Positions 38,831 to 49,963 are shown, counted from the first letter of the stretch. The stretch: DNA of 64,000 bases from Candidatus Kerfeldbacteria bacterium (GCA_903825245.1 CAIJZX010000012.1:76059-140058); one strand, 5' to 3'. Numbers and translations are program-made. Notes: a model not told the origin generated them from the letters alone.

Positions 38831-38975
38831 AGGAAAATAGGAAAAGTAGTGCCCCGACAGTGTACCGGATTCGCTATTGACTGTCAACCCAGCACTACAA
38901 TAGTGCACTCCAAATATGGTGAATAAGCAAATAATGCACTAGAAAAGGAAAAATAGTCCACTAAAGTGGTTTTTT

Positions 38976-39518
38976 CTATTGTAGTGCTGGGTCAACCCCT
39001 GTATTGACCGTCTGGTGATTCGTGACCACATCAACCCTGGCCACATCCCCGACTTGGATCCCATGGCGTTGGATAAACCCACTCGATACTTCGAGAACAC
39101 CATCCACCTGGACGTCAGGCTGGATGATCGGTAAGTCGGTTGAAGTTGGGTTCGAGGGTGGTGGAACATCGGCTTCTACTTCCACAACCTGGCCGTTATT
39201 CAACCAAATGAAGTCTAATGGAATCAACATACCTTTCATCCAAAAAGACGGGCGCTCCGGCGTAGGATACTGCCAGTACATTCCCTCGTTATCGTTCAAT
39301 AATCTGCGTCCGCCAAGCCCAAGCTCCTGAGTGGCGCTCGTAGTCGGAATTTGTACGGTGATACTCGTATCAGAAAATTGAATACGAGCATGCGCGTAGC
39401 CTTGGGTATCAACATCCGACGTATTCGAGAATACGAGTTGTTTTTCATACGGCCAAAACAAGGCTACCACAAACAAGTAAAAGGCAGCCGCAACGATGAC
39501 AAACCAAAGCGATTTCAT
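38976..39518 (-). CDS. DUF192-domain protein
   Basis: A signal anchor is present together with the MLIPLDFIWL motif. Confidence 0.5.
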   Translation of the reverse strand: MKSLWFVIVAAAFYLFVVALFWPYEKQLVFSNTSDVDTQGYAHARIQFSDTSITVQIPTTSATQELGLGGRRLLNDNEGMYWQYPTPERPSFWMKGMLIPLDFIWLNNGQVVEVEADVPPPSNPTSTDLPIIQPDVQVDGVLEVSSGFIQRHGIQVGDVARVDVVTNHQTVNTGVDPALQ

Positions 39519-40615
39519 GGGTTTATATTTTTACGATGTGCGATCCGATACATCACCCACCACACAAGCAATCCCATGACTACCAATAATGCACCGAGCA
39601 CTTCAATTTTTTGGATGCCGGTTACATATAATGTACTCATACCGAAGAGTGCCACTAAAACATACAGTGTGATAACACTCTGCCGTGTACTGAGCCCGGC
39701 ATCAAGCAATCGAAAATGTAAGTGCAATCGATCGGCGCTGGTGAATGGTGATTTTCCTGCTCGCAAGCGCTGAACAATTACCCACACCAGGTCGAGAATC
39801 GGTAACCCGAGGATGAGTAATGCCGTCGCTATTTTTCCGCCGGAAATAATCGACAGCGCCCCGAGCATAAATCCAATGTAAAGCGAACCACTTTCACCTA
39901 AAAATATTTTCGCCGGATACCAATTCCATACCAAAAACCCGGCACAGGCGCCGACTAAACTTAGTGCTAGTAACCCAACTCCGGTTTGACTCACTTCCGG
40001 CCGCAACGTCAACAGAAAAACAATGAGGGCGCCGATGACGCCAAAGCCGCTGACCAATCCATCGAGTCCGTCAAGAATCTTCGTCGTATACGATGATCCA
40101 AGTAACCACACGACGGTGAAGAGATCGGCCCACAGCGTCAGATGGTACGGCGTCGTGTGCCAGGTCAAGATGGTCCACTGCACCGTCGTTAACCGCAGTA
40201 AACCTCCGAACGGATTTGTGATATAGGCGACACCGATGCCTGAGGCACTGACTACGGCTACCGCCAGAACCATCCACCAAATTTGCTGTTTCGCCGATAA
40301 TTTCTTCTTATCATCAAGCACACCACCGAGGGCAATAATCAACCCGGCGATCATGAGTCCGATAATGTTTTTTTGTACGACATCTACACCAGAAAAATCG
40401 TGACGCCACAACAATACCCCCCACGTTATCCAGGTGCTCAGGATAATAGCTACTCCACCAAGTAGTGGTGTCGGTCGGGCATGGTATTTTCGGTCCGGTG
40501 CAATTGCCGGATCATCGATCACCCGCCACCGGCGAGCAAGATACATGACTAGCGGCGTTAACGCCGCCGCTGCCACAAGACTCACGGCTACGGACAGGAA
40601 TTGTGCGCCAGTCAT
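39515..40615 (-). CDS. glycosyltransferase family 4 (MraY/WecA-like) polyprenyl-phosphate sugar-1-phosphate transferase
   Basis: The protein has ten or more TM helices, an LDD.KK motif and an LDGLDGL motif. Confidence 0.7.
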   Translation of the reverse strand: MTGAQFLSVAVSLVAAAALTPLVMYLARRWRVIDDPAIAPDRKYHARPTPLLGGVAIILSTWITWGVLLWRHDFSGVDVVQKNIIGLMIAGLIIALGGVLDDKKKLSAKQQIWWMVLAVAVVSASGIGVAYITNPFGGLLRLTTVQWTILTWHTTPYHLTLWADLFTVVWLLGSSYTTKILDGLDGLVSGFGVIGALIVFLLTLRPEVSQTGVGLLALSLVGACAGFLVWNWYPAKIFLGESGSLYIGFMLGALSIISGGKIATALLILGLPILDLVWVIVQRLRAGKSPFTSADRLHLHFRLLDAGLSTRQSVITLYVLVALFGMSTLYVTGIQKIEVLGALLVVMGLLVWWVMYRIAHRKNINP

Positions 40616-41016
40616 GGCCGCTCACTCAAATACGATTCAAGCAGAAGCTGCGCAGCTAAACTATCTTCCTCTCCGCGTTGTAACTTCCGGCCGGCGCGCT
40701 GTTGTTCGCGCTGAACAGCTACACTAGTATTGCGCTCATCACGCTTGATAATCGGTACGGAACTCCGTTGTTTCCAGGCATCAATAAATTCTTGAACACG
40801 CGAACTTTGCTCACTATGACTGCCATTAGCGTGCATCGGCCATCCAACAATAATCGTTTCGATATGCTCAGCCGCAACAAGTGACAGTAATTCCGGCCAC
40901 GCTTCAGACCATAACGACACCAGGATTGCCGGACGCACAAACGCCATCCGCGTCTCCGAATCGCCGATCGCCAGACCGATTTTTTTCTCCCCGACATCTA
41001 TGGCCAGGACGCGCAT
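40612..41016 (-). CDS. ruvX: Holliday junction resolvase-like RuvX/YqgF
   Basis: MRVLAIDVGEKKIGLAIGD matches RuvX. The start is at 41016. Confidence 0.75.
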   Translation of the reverse strand: MRVLAIDVGEKKIGLAIGDSETRMAFVRPAILVSLWSEAWPELLSLVAAEHIETIIVGWPMHANGSHSEQSSRVQEFIDAWKQRSSVPIIKRDERNTSVAVQREQQRAGRKLQRGEEDSLAAQLLLESYLSERP

Positions 41017-41020
41017 ACGT

Positions 41021-41770
41021 TTAGGGTTGAGTAATGATGTCGCACCCATTCTCCGTCACCAGAACTGTATGTTCGACATGCGCTGACGGCTGATGATCAG
41101 ACGTCACGACCGTCCAGCCGTCATCCAATGTTTCGACCTCAGCGGAACCAAGATTGACCATTGGTTCGATCGCTAAAACCATACCCGGCACGATCAGCGG
41201 TCCAGAATTTTTTCGGCCGACATTCGGAATCGCCGGAGCTTCATGAACCGTATATCCAAGACCATGGCCTGTGAGCTGGATAACGATTCCGTAGCCAAGT
41301 GGTTTTAAAAAATGTTCAATAGCAAAACCAATATCACCAATGTGATTCCCCGGCTTTACGGCTCGTAAGCCGATTCGTAACGCTTCTTCGCTATCGGTAA
41401 TAAGTTTTTTTATTGCTGGAGTGATAGTACCAACTGCCACCGTCCGCGCATGATCAGAAAATAGTCCCTGAAAATTCGTGCCGATATCTAGACCAATGAT
41501 ATCACCGTCTACTAGTACACGATTTCTTGACGGCATACCGTGCACCACTTCGTCGTTCACCGAGGTACACAAACCAAACGGATATCCTTCATATCCTTTA
41601 AACGCCGGTTTCCCACCAGCTGCGATAATCGTCGCTTCGGCGACAGCGTTCAGTTCGGCCGTGGTCACACCAGGTTTGACGATTGCCACCACTGCCTCGA
41701 GCGCTTGCGCCGAGATGCGGCCACTCGTCCGGAGCTTGTTTACTTCGTCGACAGTTGTGATGATAGCCAT
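41021..41770 (-). CDS. map: methionine aminopeptidase type I
   Basis: Metal-binding D, D, H, E, E residues are in context across the 249 aa protein. Confidence 0.9.
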   Translation of the reverse strand: MAIITTVDEVNKLRTSGRISAQALEAVVAIVKPGVTTAELNAVAEATIIAAGGKPAFKGYEGYPFGLCTSVNDEVVHGMPSRNRVLVDGDIIGLDIGTNFQGLFSDHARTVAVGTITPAIKKLITDSEEALRIGLRAVKPGNHIGDIGFAIEHFLKPLGYGIVIQLTGHGLGYTVHEAPAIPNVGRKNSGPLIVPGMVLAIEPMVNLGSAEVETLDDGWTVVTSDHQPSAHVEHTVLVTENGCDIITQP

Positions 41771-42414
41771 GGCAATCGTTTCAATTTTTTGAGCACTTCA
41801 CGGTAGACGACCGCAATTGGTTTCGAGGCATCGATTTCTACTACCAAACCTTTTTGTCGATACCAGGAAATAACGGGTTCTGTACGCGCATGAAAAATTC
41901 GTAAGCGTTTGCGGATCGCCGTCGGTGTATCATCAGCACGCTGTTTCAACGGCAGTCCGTCATGATCGCAATGACCGCGTTTCTTTTTCGGCGGGTCATG
42001 GCGCAAATGGTAAATATGCCCCTGCGGACAAACGCGACGCCCTGATAATCTTTTGATCGCGTCTTTATCGCGAAAATGTAGTTCAATCACCACGTTCGGC
42101 TTTCCAAACACATGAAATGGTTTTGCTTGTTCAATGGAGCGCGGATAGCCGTCCACAATCCAACCGTTACTGCAATCCGTTTGGCGGAGGCGATTCCGCA
42201 TCACAGCATTCGTCATGTGGTCAGGAATCATCTGGCCGCCATCAATAATGGCGCCGATTTTTTTCCCTAACGCCGTTTTCCGCGCCACGTTATCGCGCAA
42301 GATGTCACCGGTAGAAATATGAGGAATGTGCAATCGGTGCATCAAACGACCGGCTTGTGTCCCCTTACCAGCTCCTTGGGCACCGAGAATAACGATTCGT
42401 GGCGTCTGTTTCAT
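41740..42414 (-). CDS. adk: adenylate kinase
   Basis: A P-loop GAQGAGKGTQ is followed by a LID with a C/H cluster. Confidence 0.85.
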   Translation of the reverse strand: MKQTPRIVILGAQGAGKGTQAGRLMHRLHIPHISTGDILRDNVARKTALGKKIGAIIDGGQMIPDHMTNAVMRNRLRQTDCSNGWIVDGYPRSIEQAKPFHVFGKPNVVIELHFRDKDAIKRLSGRRVCPQGHIYHLRHDPPKKKRGHCDHDGLPLKQRADDTPTAIRKRLRIFHARTEPVISWYRQKGLVVEIDASKPIAVVYREVLKKLKRLPWLSSQLSTK

Positions 42415-42471
42415 AACGTTATGAGTATACCGAAAAAACACGGATTTGGCGAACCGTATTGAAGATACTGA

Positions 42472-43749
42472 TTAAAAACCTTCGTAATCACGGACGATAA
42501 GTTGTGATTCTATTTGCTTGACAGTTTCGATGACCACGCTGACCACAATCAACAATGATGTACCGCCGACAATGAGTGTGGTGACACCGGTAAAACGTTG
42601 CACGAGATTCGGCAAGATGGCGATCACGCCGAGGAAGAACGCGCCAGCTAACATGATTCGATTGGTAACGTAACCAAGGTAATCAGCGGTTTGCTTGCCA
42701 GGGCGAATACCAGGAATAAAGCCGCCCTGTTTCTGCAAATTTTCGGCGATTTGCGTTGGTTGGAAAACCACCGCCGTGTAGAAATATGTGAAGGAAAACA
42801 CTAACACGAAGTACAGTGTGTCATACAACCAACCACCCTGCTGAAATAGGCGCAGTGTTGTTGACGCAAAATGTTGCAGCCAGAGAATATGCGAATTCAC
42901 AAAGAATTGTGATACTAACGACGGCATTAAAACAATCGACACGGCGAAGATAATCGGGATCACGCCGGCTTGGTTTACCCTGAGCGGCAAGAATGTATCC
43001 GAACCGCCGACTAACTGCGAACCGCGAATTCGGCGGGCATAGGACACCGGAATTTTTCGCACCGCCTCGGTCACGAAGACCACACCAAATATTGTGACAA
43101 TGGCCATTCCGGCGAAAATCAGTGTCTGCACTAACTTACTACTATCGAAGACCGCCACCGTTTGTTGCAACTGTGTTGGAACGCGAGCCACAATTCCGGC
43201 GAAAATCATCAGCGAAATACCATTCCCAATCTTCTTTTCCGAAATCAATTCCCCTAACCACATCAGGAATACCGTTCCGGCGGTGATGGTAATCAATGCT
43301 GTCACGAATTGGTAGGCCGTCATGTTCGGTAAAATAGCCGCACTAGAACGACGAATGAGCGTGATAGTACCGAAACCTTGTAAGGCTGCTAATGGCACAG
43401 CGAGGTATCGCGTCCATTGATTAATTTTTTCCTGCCCGCGCTCGCCTTCTTTTTGTATTCGTTCCAACGATGGAATAATCATCGTTAAGAGTTGGAAAAT
43501 AATTGAAGCCGTAATGTACGGACCAACACCAAGCATGACTACGGAGAAGGTATCATAGCCGCCGCCAGAAAAGACGTTCAATAACCCGAGGAATTGATTC
43601 GAGGCGAAAAAGTTTTTCAGGGCCGCGATGTTCACGCCCGGTACCGGAATATGGGCGGCGGCGCGGAAAATTAACAACATCGCCAGAACAAACAGAATCT
43701 TGTTCCGAACTTCAGGTATCTTCCACACCAGTGAAAGTTTTTGCCACAT
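42472..43749 (-). CDS. secY: preprotein translocase SecY
   Basis: The 425 aa protein has 10 TM helices and conserved SecY blocks. Confidence 0.9.
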   Translation of the reverse strand: MWQKLSLVWKIPEVRNKILFVLAMLLIFRAAAHIPVPGVNIAALKNFFASNQFLGLLNVFSGGGYDTFSVVMLGVGPYITASIIFQLLTMIIPSLERIQKEGERGQEKINQWTRYLAVPLAALQGFGTITLIRRSSAAILPNMTAYQFVTALITITAGTVFLMWLGELISEKKIGNGISLMIFAGIVARVPTQLQQTVAVFDSSKLVQTLIFAGMAIVTIFGVVFVTEAVRKIPVSYARRIRGSQLVGGSDTFLPLRVNQAGVIPIIFAVSIVLMPSLVSQFFVNSHILWLQHFASTTLRLFQQGGWLYDTLYFVLVFSFTYFYTAVVFQPTQIAENLQKQGGFIPGIRPGKQTADYLGYVTNRIMLAGAFFLGVIAILPNLVQRFTGVTTLIVGGTSLLIVVSVVIETVKQIESQLIVRDYEGF

Positions 43750-43763
43750 GGGCGTGTAGGTGT

Positions 43764-44249
43764 TTACGTTGTCGGCCGTTCACGCTTCGGCAGCGTTCGG
43801 GTCGGTTGAATCAATTGAATGACTGATCCGCCGGCTTTCGTGATTGCCTCAGCTGCGCCGTGCGAGAACTTCGTCGCTCGAACCGTCAGTTTCTTGGAAA
43901 TGGTACCGCTGGCGAGTACTTTGACACCAGGCCACGCGTTGGGGATAACGCCTAAACGGGCTAGTTCATTTGGTGTCACCTGCGCGCCATCAGCAAAGCT
44001 GTGCTGCAGTTGCGTCAACGTCACCACAAACAGTTTCGGCTTGTGACTGCGGAAACCGCGCGACTTCGGCGTCGGGAGAATCAACGACTTCAAACTACGT
44101 CGCGTTAATTTATTGCGGCCACCGGTTCGCGCGCGCTGACCTTTCGTTCCGCGACCAGCAGTCGTGCCTTTGCCTGAAGAATTGCCGCGACCGACGCGCT
44201 TGTACTTACCGCGGGTCGATGAGGCGCGAAGTGTGGAGAGTGTAATCAT
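43764..44249 (-). CDS. rplO: 50S ribosomal protein L15
   Basis: RVGRGNSSGKGTTAGRGTKGQ matches L15. Confidence 0.85.
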   Translation of the reverse strand: MITLSTLRASSTRGKYKRVGRGNSSGKGTTAGRGTKGQRARTGGRNKLTRRSLKSLILPTPKSRGFRSHKPKLFVVTLTQLQHSFADGAQVTPNELARLGVIPNAWPGVKVLASGTISKKLTVRATKFSHGAAEAITKAGGSVIQLIQPTRTLPKRERPTT

Positions 44250-44779
44250 ACGGTTTTTCCTCGTCGTGCGGCCGCTTGTTCGCGTGTGCGCAGTTTCTGC
44301 AAAGCTTCCATTAAAGCATAGACGTTGTTAATCTTGTTCGATGATCCAAGAATTTTGCTGACCACGTTCTTGACGCCGGCCAGTTCCATAATCGCGCGAA
44401 CTGGTCCGCCGGCGATAACGCCACTTCCTTTCGGCGCTGGTTTCAACATCAAGTAGGCGCCGCCGTGCTTCATGAAAATAGTGTGCGGAATTGTATCATC
44501 AACGATCGGCACGCGAATCATTGTCTTTTTTGCCGCCGTAACTGCTTTTTGGATAGCATCAGAAACGTCCGATCCTTTAGCAATACCTAAACCAACCCGT
44601 CCTTTTTGGTCGCCAATAGCAACTGTCGCACGGAAACGCATGCGCTTACCGCCAGCGACCACGCGTGTCACGCGCGCTAAGTCGATGGTCTTTTGTTCAA
44701 ATTCACGTGGTTCACGCGGGCCACTCCGACGTCCTCGTCGTTGTCCGCCACCGCGCTGTTGTCCTGAAGGTAATGCCAT
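44246..44779 (-). CDS. rpsE: 30S ribosomal protein S5
   Basis: VTRVVAGGKRMRFRA...GLGIAKG matches S5. No L30 gene lies between S5 and L15. Confidence 0.9.
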   Translation of the reverse strand: MALPSGQQRGGGQRRGRRSGPREPREFEQKTIDLARVTRVVAGGKRMRFRATVAIGDQKGRVGLGIAKGSDVSDAIQKAVTAAKKTMIRVPIVDDTIPHTIFMKHGGAYLMLKPAPKGSGVIAGGPVRAIMELAGVKNVVSKILGSSNKINNVYALMEALQKLRTREQAAARRGKTV

Positions 44780-44783
44780 AGAT

Positions 44784-45134
44784 TTAGAATGTCAGTCCGC
44801 CGGCTCGTGCGGCATCAGCTAAGGCCTTAATTCGGCCGTGGTATTGAAATCCACCGCGATCAAAAACGACGACGGTGATATTCTTTTCTTTGGCCTTGGC
44901 GGCAATCGCCGTACCAACGGCGGTCGCTAATTCCGTCTTTGTGCCTTTGGTCTTTAACGATCGATCCGTGACCGCTGCCAACGTCTTTCCTAAGGTATCA
45001 TCAACCAACTGCGCTTCAATATGCGCTAAACTCCGGAAAACAACGAGTCGCGGACGCGCCGACGTACCAGACATACGCGATCGGATACGAGCATGGCGAT
45101 TGGTTCGAGCGGATGATTGTGGTCGTGATGGCAT
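44784..45134 (-). CDS. rplR: 50S ribosomal protein L18
   Basis: [18 protein letters not shown]...VVFDRGG matches L18. Confidence 0.85.
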   Translation of the reverse strand: MPSRPQSSARTNRHARIRSRMSGTSARPRLVVFRSLAHIEAQLVDDTLGKTLAAVTDRSLKTKGTKTELATAVGTAIAAKAKEKNITVVVFDRGGFQYHGRIKALADAARAGGLTF

Positions 45135-45142
45135 ATGCGTGA

Positions 45143-45694
45143 TTACTTGGCGCCAGCGGCTTTAACAACTTTACCGGCCTTACGGCGAATGACTTCATCA
45201 ATATACTTGATGCCTTTGCCTTTGTACGGCTCCGGCTTCTTCATGCGGCGGATGGTGGCCGCGGTTTCGCCAACCAATTGCTTATCAATACCGCTGATGG
45301 TAACAATATTTTTATCAACCGCGATCGTCGTTCCTTCCGGAATCGGAAAATCAATCGGATGGGAAAAACCGAGGTTCAAATGTAAACTCTTTCCGGTCAC
45401 TGCGGCCTTAAAACCGACACCGTTAATTTCCAATTTCTTTTCGTACCCGGTGGTCACACCAATAACCATGTTCGCTACCAACATTCGTGTTAATCCCCAC
45501 AGCGCCCGATCTGATTGCAAATCCGGATTGGAAACCGTTATGGTCAAGATGTCGTTCTCTTGGTGCACCTGAACGTGCGAGTGCGCCGTTAACGACAGGG
45601 CACCTTTTGGTCCTTTGACATCGACAGCTTGTCCGCTAAGCGTCACGGTGACGCCGGTCGGAATAGTGATAGGGAGTTTACCGATACGGGACAT
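45143..45694 (-). CDS. rplF: 50S ribosomal protein L6
   Basis: [12 protein letters not shown] matches L6. Confidence 0.9.
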   Translation of the reverse strand: MSRIGKLPITIPTGVTVTLSGQAVDVKGPKGALSLTAHSHVQVHQENDILTITVSNPDLQSDRALWGLTRMLVANMVIGVTTGYEKKLEINGVGFKAAVTGKSLHLNLGFSHPIDFPIPEGTTIAVDKNIVTISGIDKQLVGETAATIRRMKKPEPYKGKGIKYIDEVIRRKAGKVVKAAGAK

Positions 45695-45700
45695 ACAGTT

Positions 45701-46084
45701 TTAGAATATTTCGCAAATAACTTCGCCGCCGAGTTTCGCTTTGCGCGCTTCGGCGCTGGTCATCAATCCTTTCGGCGTGGAAATGATTGCCGTACCGAGG
45801 TTATTGACGACATTCGGAAGATCGTGACGATTGACGTAGACGCGGCGACCCGGCTTGCTGATTCGCTTCAGGTCATTGATGACCGGCGTATTTGCTTCGT
45901 ACTTCAATAAAATTTTCAACTTGGTATTCTGTTCCAAAACCGCCAAGCCGGTTATCCAGCCTTCGCGCTCCAACACTGACGCTAACGCATACTTCAATTT
46001 TGCGTACGGCAGGATGACTTCGCGCTGGCCAGCGAGCTGGGCATTGCGAATTCGAGTGAGCATGTCTGCGATTGGATCGGTCAT
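45701..46084 (-). CDS. rpsH: 30S ribosomal protein S8
   Basis: MTDPIADMLTRIRNA matches S8. The start is at 46084. Confidence 0.9.
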   Translation of the reverse strand: MTDPIADMLTRIRNAQLAGQREVILPYAKLKYALASVLEREGWITGLAVLEQNTKLKILLKYEANTPVINDLKRISKPGRRVYVNRHDLPNVVNNLGTAIISTPKGLMTSAEARKAKLGGEVICEIF

Positions 46085-46097
46085 AGAGGGCAGTTCG

Positions 46098-46283
46098 TTA
46101 CCAAGAAGCTTTGTGGACGCCGGGCACGTCACCTTTATTGGCTAATTCCCGGAAACAGATACGGCACAGTTCAAAATCTCGAATGTATCCGCGTTTGCGG
46201 CCGCAGCGCCAGCATCGTCGAACGCGTCGCGTCGAAAATTTCGGTTTGCGCTTCGACTTTGCAATTTGTGCGGACGTAGCCAT
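46098..46283 (-). CDS. rpsZ: 30S ribosomal protein S14 type Z (Zn-ribbon)
   Basis: The 61 aa protein has a CWRCGRK...C..C pattern. Confidence 0.9.
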   Translation of the reverse strand: MATSAQIAKSKRKPKFSTRRVRRCWRCGRKRGYIRDFELCRICFRELANKGDVPGVHKASW

Positions 46284-46285
46284 AG

Positions 46286-46831
46286 TTATATCGTGCTAAA
46301 AGGAAATCCCAAGTGTTTAAGTAAACTTTGTGCTAAAGGTTGGTCGTTTGTCGAAGTAACGATCGTAACCTCTAAACCGTGCAGGTGTTCGATTTCGTCG
46401 CTGCGGATTTCTGGAAAGACAATGTTTTCTTTAATGCCGATGGTAATCGAACCACTCTTACCCATCGAGGTCGCGGGAATACCGTGGAAGTCGCGGACGC
46501 GAGCTAAGGTGACATTCACGAACTTATCGAGGAATTCCCACATTCGTTCGCCGCGGAGGGTAACACTAGCGCCGATAACCATGCCCTGGCGGAGTTTGAA
46601 CGCAGCCACTGACTTCTTGGCCTTCGTTTTAACCGGATGTTGGCCGGAAATTCGTTCCAAGGTCAGCATGACGGTCTCTTCGTGTTTTGGATCCTTGAGG
46701 TGTTTACCAAAACCAACATTGAGCACAATTTTTTTGATCGTCGGCACAGCTAAGGTATTCGTTAATCCATATTGCTTTTTCAGCTCAGGAACAACGGTTT
46801 GACGGTAGAGTTGGTGGAGTCGAGAAATCAT
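46286..46831 (-). CDS. rplE: 50S ribosomal protein L5
   Basis: The 181 aa protein follows the L5 pattern. Confidence 0.9.
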   Translation of the reverse strand: MISRLHQLYRQTVVPELKKQYGLTNTLAVPTIKKIVLNVGFGKHLKDPKHEETVMLTLERISGQHPVKTKAKKSVAAFKLRQGMVIGASVTLRGERMWEFLDKFVNVTLARVRDFHGIPATSMGKSGSITIGIKENIVFPEIRSDEIEHLHGLEVTIVTSTNDQPLAQSLLKHLGFPFSTI

Positions 46832-46834
46832 GGG

Positions 46835-47152
46835 TTACGAGAGAGGTTCTTGAGAGACGATTGCTTTACGAACTTTTTTATCACCGACCATGGCTGATCC
46901 GACGCGGGTCGGCTTTCCCGATTTTGGATCAATCAACATCACATTCGAAAGATGGATTGGGCCATTGAACTGCACTCGTTGGCCGGATTCTTTTTCCTGC
47001 CGCGCCCGGACATTCTTGGTCATTTGGTTGACACCTTCAACCACGACGCGCCATTGCCCTGGGAATACCTGTAAGACCTTCCCCTTCTTGCCTTTGTCTT
47101 TGCCGCTCAGGATCAGGACTTGGTCGCCGGTTTTGATGCGTGGAGGTTTCAT
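46835..47152 (-). CDS. rplX: 50S ribosomal protein L24
   Basis: It has a KOW motif (IKTGDQVLILSGKDKGKKGKV). Confidence 0.85.
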   Translation of the reverse strand: MKPPRIKTGDQVLILSGKDKGKKGKVLQVFPGQWRVVVEGVNQMTKNVRARQEKESGQRVQFNGPIHLSNVMLIDPKSGKPTRVGSAMVGDKKVRKAIVSQEPLS

Positions 47153-47156
47153 AGCG

Positions 47157-47528
47157 TTACAATACTTCAGGTGCTAGTGATACAATCTTAGTAAAACCTT
47201 TAGCTTTTAATTCACGAGCTACCGGTCCAAAAATACGCGTGCCTTTTGGTTCTTTTGTCTTCGGGTCGACGATCACACCAGCATTTTCGCTGAAACGAAT
47301 GTAACTACCATCGCTGCGTCGGTACTCTTTTCGCTGACGGACAATAACCAAGTGAACCACGTCGCCTTTCTTGACCATGCCGTGTGGCGTGGCTTCTTTG
47401 ACTGAACCGGTAACGATGTCCCCGAGTTGGCCGTAGCGCTTCTTGTACCCGCCCCAAACACGGAAGACGGCGACGCGTTTGGCGCCTGTGTTATCGGCCG
47501 GTTTGAGAATGGATCGAAGTTGAATCAT
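47157..47528 (-). CDS. rplN: 50S ribosomal protein L14
   Basis: [17 protein letters not shown] matches L14. Confidence 0.9.
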   Translation of the reverse strand: MIQLRSILKPADNTGAKRVAVFRVWGGYKKRYGQLGDIVTGSVKEATPHGMVKKGDVVHLVIVRQRKEYRRSDGSYIRFSENAGVIVDPKTKEPKGTRIFGPVARELKAKGFTKIVSLAPEVL

Positions 47529-47529
47529 A

Positions 47530-47775
47530 TTAGAGTTTCTTGATCACGCGCCATCGCTTGGTTGATGACATCGGACGGGTTTCTTCAATCATGACTTTGT
47601 CGCCGGTATGATAGGCTCCCGATTCGTCATGAGCGGCGAAACGCTTGCTGGTTTTCAATTTTTTTCCGTACAGCGGATGGCTCAACGTACGGTCGACGCG
47701 GACGACAACCGTCTTCGTCATTTTGTCGGAGACGACGGTGCCGGTGAGTTGTCGACGTTGCGGTAGTGTAGACAT
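47530..47775 (-). CDS. rpsQ: 30S ribosomal protein S17
   Basis: The 81 aa protein contains [16 protein letters not shown]. Confidence 0.85.
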   Translation of the reverse strand: MSTLPQRRQLTGTVVSDKMTKTVVVRVDRTLSHPLYGKKLKTSKRFAAHDESGAYHTGDKVMIEETRPMSSTKRWRVIKKL

Positions 47776-47776
47776 A

Positions 47777-48007
47777 TTACGTAGTTGGAGTTGTTACCTT
47801 CGTTTCCTGTTGAGACGCGGTTATACCATCTTGCGTGCGCTTGGTCAAGAGACGGGCGATATCGCGCTTAATTTCTCGGATTTCCCGGACATCTTTGTGC
47901 TGTCCTTGCGCAACTTTGAATCGTCGATCGCGAAGCTGTTGATTTTTTTCCTGCAACAAACGATCAAGCTCCGTTTTCGATTTTTGCGTTATCTCTTTCC
48001 AATCCAT
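47777..48007 (-). CDS. rpmC: 50S ribosomal protein L29
   Basis: The internal Met (MDWKEITQKSKTELDRLLQEKNQQL) gives L29. The ORF-track N-extension overlaps rplP and is spurious. Confidence 0.75.
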   Translation of the reverse strand: MDWKEITQKSKTELDRLLQEKNQQLRDRRFKVAQGQHKDVREIREIKRDIARLLTKRTQDGITASQQETKVTTPTT

Positions 48008-48011
48008 AGCG

Positions 48012-48422
48012 TTACTGTTCTTTCTTGATGAACTTCGTCTTAACTGGTAGCTTATAGGCTGCGAGGCGCATGGCTTGACGAGCCACATCTTCCTTCACAC
48101 CATCCATTTCGAAGAGCATAGTTCCTGGTTTCACCACAGTCACATAGTGATCGACTGCGCCCTTACCGCCACCCATACGAACTTCATTACCTTTGATGGT
48201 GACCGGCTTGTCGGGAAAGACGCGAATCCAGACCTTACCACCACGTTGAATGAAGCGGGTCATGGCTCGACGAGCAGCTTCTAATTGTCGCGCCGTCACC
48301 CATCGCGGCTCCAACGCTTTCAGGCCGAACGTGCCGAAGCTCAATTCAAGTTTATCGGTCGCCTTTCCACGGATTCGTCCGCGATGCCATTTGCGATGTT
48401 TTACTTTCTTCGGGGTCAACAT
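48012..48422 (-). CDS. rplP: 50S ribosomal protein L16
   Basis: [16 protein letters not shown] matches L16. Confidence 0.9.
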   Translation of the reverse strand: MLTPKKVKHRKWHRGRIRGKATDKLELSFGTFGLKALEPRWVTARQLEAARRAMTRFIQRGGKVWIRVFPDKPVTIKGNEVRMGGGKGAVDHYVTVVKPGTMLFEMDGVKEDVARQAMRLAAYKLPVKTKFIKKEQ

Positions 48423-48425
48423 AAA

Positions 48426-49091
48426 TTATTTGAGAGGAGATTCCTTCTTATCTTTGGCGAACACTTCACCGGTATACACCCAAACTTTGATACCAATTTT
48501 CCCGTAGGTGGTATGCGCTTCGCCACGACCATAATCGATACCGGCGCGAATCGTCTGTAGTGGTAGGCTGCCATTCGATAACATTTCGGTACGAGCGATT
48601 TCTGCGCCGTTCAGGCGTCCAGCTAACATGACTTTGACTCCTTTTGCACCAGCCTGCATCGTCTGTTCAATCGTGTTCTTCATAATCCGACGGAACGGTA
48701 AGCGTTTTTCAATTTGTTCCGCAATGTTACCGACGATGATTTGGGCTGACAGTTCCGGATTTTCCACTTCTTGAACGTTCAATTTAACGTTCACCTTTCC
48801 CTGCCCCATATGGAGTCGTCGGACGGCTTGGCGGAGAGTTTCAATACCTTGACCACCACGTCCAATGACGACGCCGGGTTTCGATGTATGTACCGTGACG
48901 GTAACGTTTTGGAGAGAGCGTTCAATATCAATGCGCGCGATACCAGCATTGTGCAGTTTTCCTAATAGGTATTTTCGAATTTGCACATCTTGTCGTAACA
49001 AGGTGGCATAATTTCGGGCACTAAACCAACGGGAATTATAGGCGCCGGTAACGCTCAGACGGAAACTTTTCGGATGGACTTTTTGACCCAT
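48426..49091 (-). CDS. rpsC: 30S ribosomal protein S3
   Basis: MGQKVHPKSFRL and the KH domain match S3. Confidence 0.9.
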   Translation of the reverse strand: MGQKVHPKSFRLSVTGAYNSRWFSARNYATLLRQDVQIRKYLLGKLHNAGIARIDIERSLQNVTVTVHTSKPGVVIGRGGQGIETLRQAVRRLHMGQGKVNVKLNVQEVENPELSAQIIVGNIAEQIEKRLPFRRIMKNTIEQTMQAGAKGVKVMLAGRLNGAEIARTEMLSNGSLPLQTIRAGIDYGRGEAHTTYGKIGIKVWVYTGEVFAKDKKESPLK

Positions 49092-49095
49092 AGTA

Positions 49096-49632
49096 TTATT
49101 CCTTTCCCTGACGGCGGACCGTCACATCTTGAGCATCACGCGCCTTCGACTTGGCTGTGGACGATTTCTTGGCAACAACTGATTTCGACTTTTTCGGAAC
49201 TTCAATTCCCGAGGTGGCTGGCGCGCCGGCAACTTTTTCCGCAGCAATACTGATGGTATTCGCCTTTTCTACCTTCTTCTTGCCTTTCGGCGCCGAGGGA
49301 ACAATTTCATCCAAAATAATTGTAATATGCGTCATTTTCTTTAAAATCTCGGCAGCGCGGCCGAAGGCTCGAGGCTGCCAGCGTTTCAAACGTGGACCTT
49401 CGTTAGCCACAATCGACTTAATACGTAAATTGCTACGTTCCAGTTGAAAATTATGTTCGGCATTGGCGACTGCTGAATTCAGCAATTTCAACACCGGCAA
49501 AGATGAACCTTTTTGCAAAACACTCAGTTGATCAACCGCCTGTTCGACGGTCAACCCTCGTACCAGGTTTACAACTAAGCGAACTTTACGAGGAGCGATG
49601 CGGAGATAACGAAGATGAGCGCGGACTTCCAT
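49096..49632 (-). CDS. rplV: 50S ribosomal protein L22 with a Lys/Ala/Ser-rich C-terminal extension
   Basis: The L22 core (about 110 aa) is followed by a basic tail of about 65 aa. Confidence 0.85.
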   Translation of the reverse strand: MEVRAHLRYLRIAPRKVRLVVNLVRGLTVEQAVDQLSVLQKGSSLPVLKLLNSAVANAEHNFQLERSNLRIKSIVANEGPRLKRWQPRAFGRAAEILKKMTHITIILDEIVPSAPKGKKKVEKANTISIAAEKVAGAPATSGIEVPKKSKSVVAKKSSTAKSKARDAQDVTVRRQGKE

Positions 49633-49635
49633 GGA

Positions 49636-49959
49636 TTATTTCTTAGGTGCTGGAGCGGCTGCGGCCGGTTTCTCTTGAGCGGCAGTTTCAATTTCTTTCT
49701 GCATTTTACCGCCGTGTCGAATAAATTTCTTGGTTGGTGAAAATTCACCGAGTTTATGACCGACCATATTTTCGACGACGTAGACCGGAAGGTGGACTTT
49801 CCCATTGTGGACGCCGAAAGTAAAACCAACCATCTGCGGCGTGATAACAGAATCGCGCGACCAGGTTTTGATAATTGTCTTATCGCCAATCTTCAACTTC
49901 CCGAGCTTCTTCAGCAGGTTTGGATCGACGAACGGTGCTTTTTTCAGTGATCGTCCCAT
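49636..49959 (-). CDS. rpsS: 30S ribosomal protein S19
   Basis: [12 protein letters not shown] matches S19. A short A/P/K-rich tail is present. Confidence 0.9.
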   Translation of the reverse strand: MGRSLKKAPFVDPNLLKKLGKLKIGDKTIIKTWSRDSVITPQMVGFTFGVHNGKVHLPVYVVENMVGHKLGEFSPTKKFIRHGGKMQKEIETAAQEKPAAAAPAPKK

Positions 49960-49963
49960 ACAA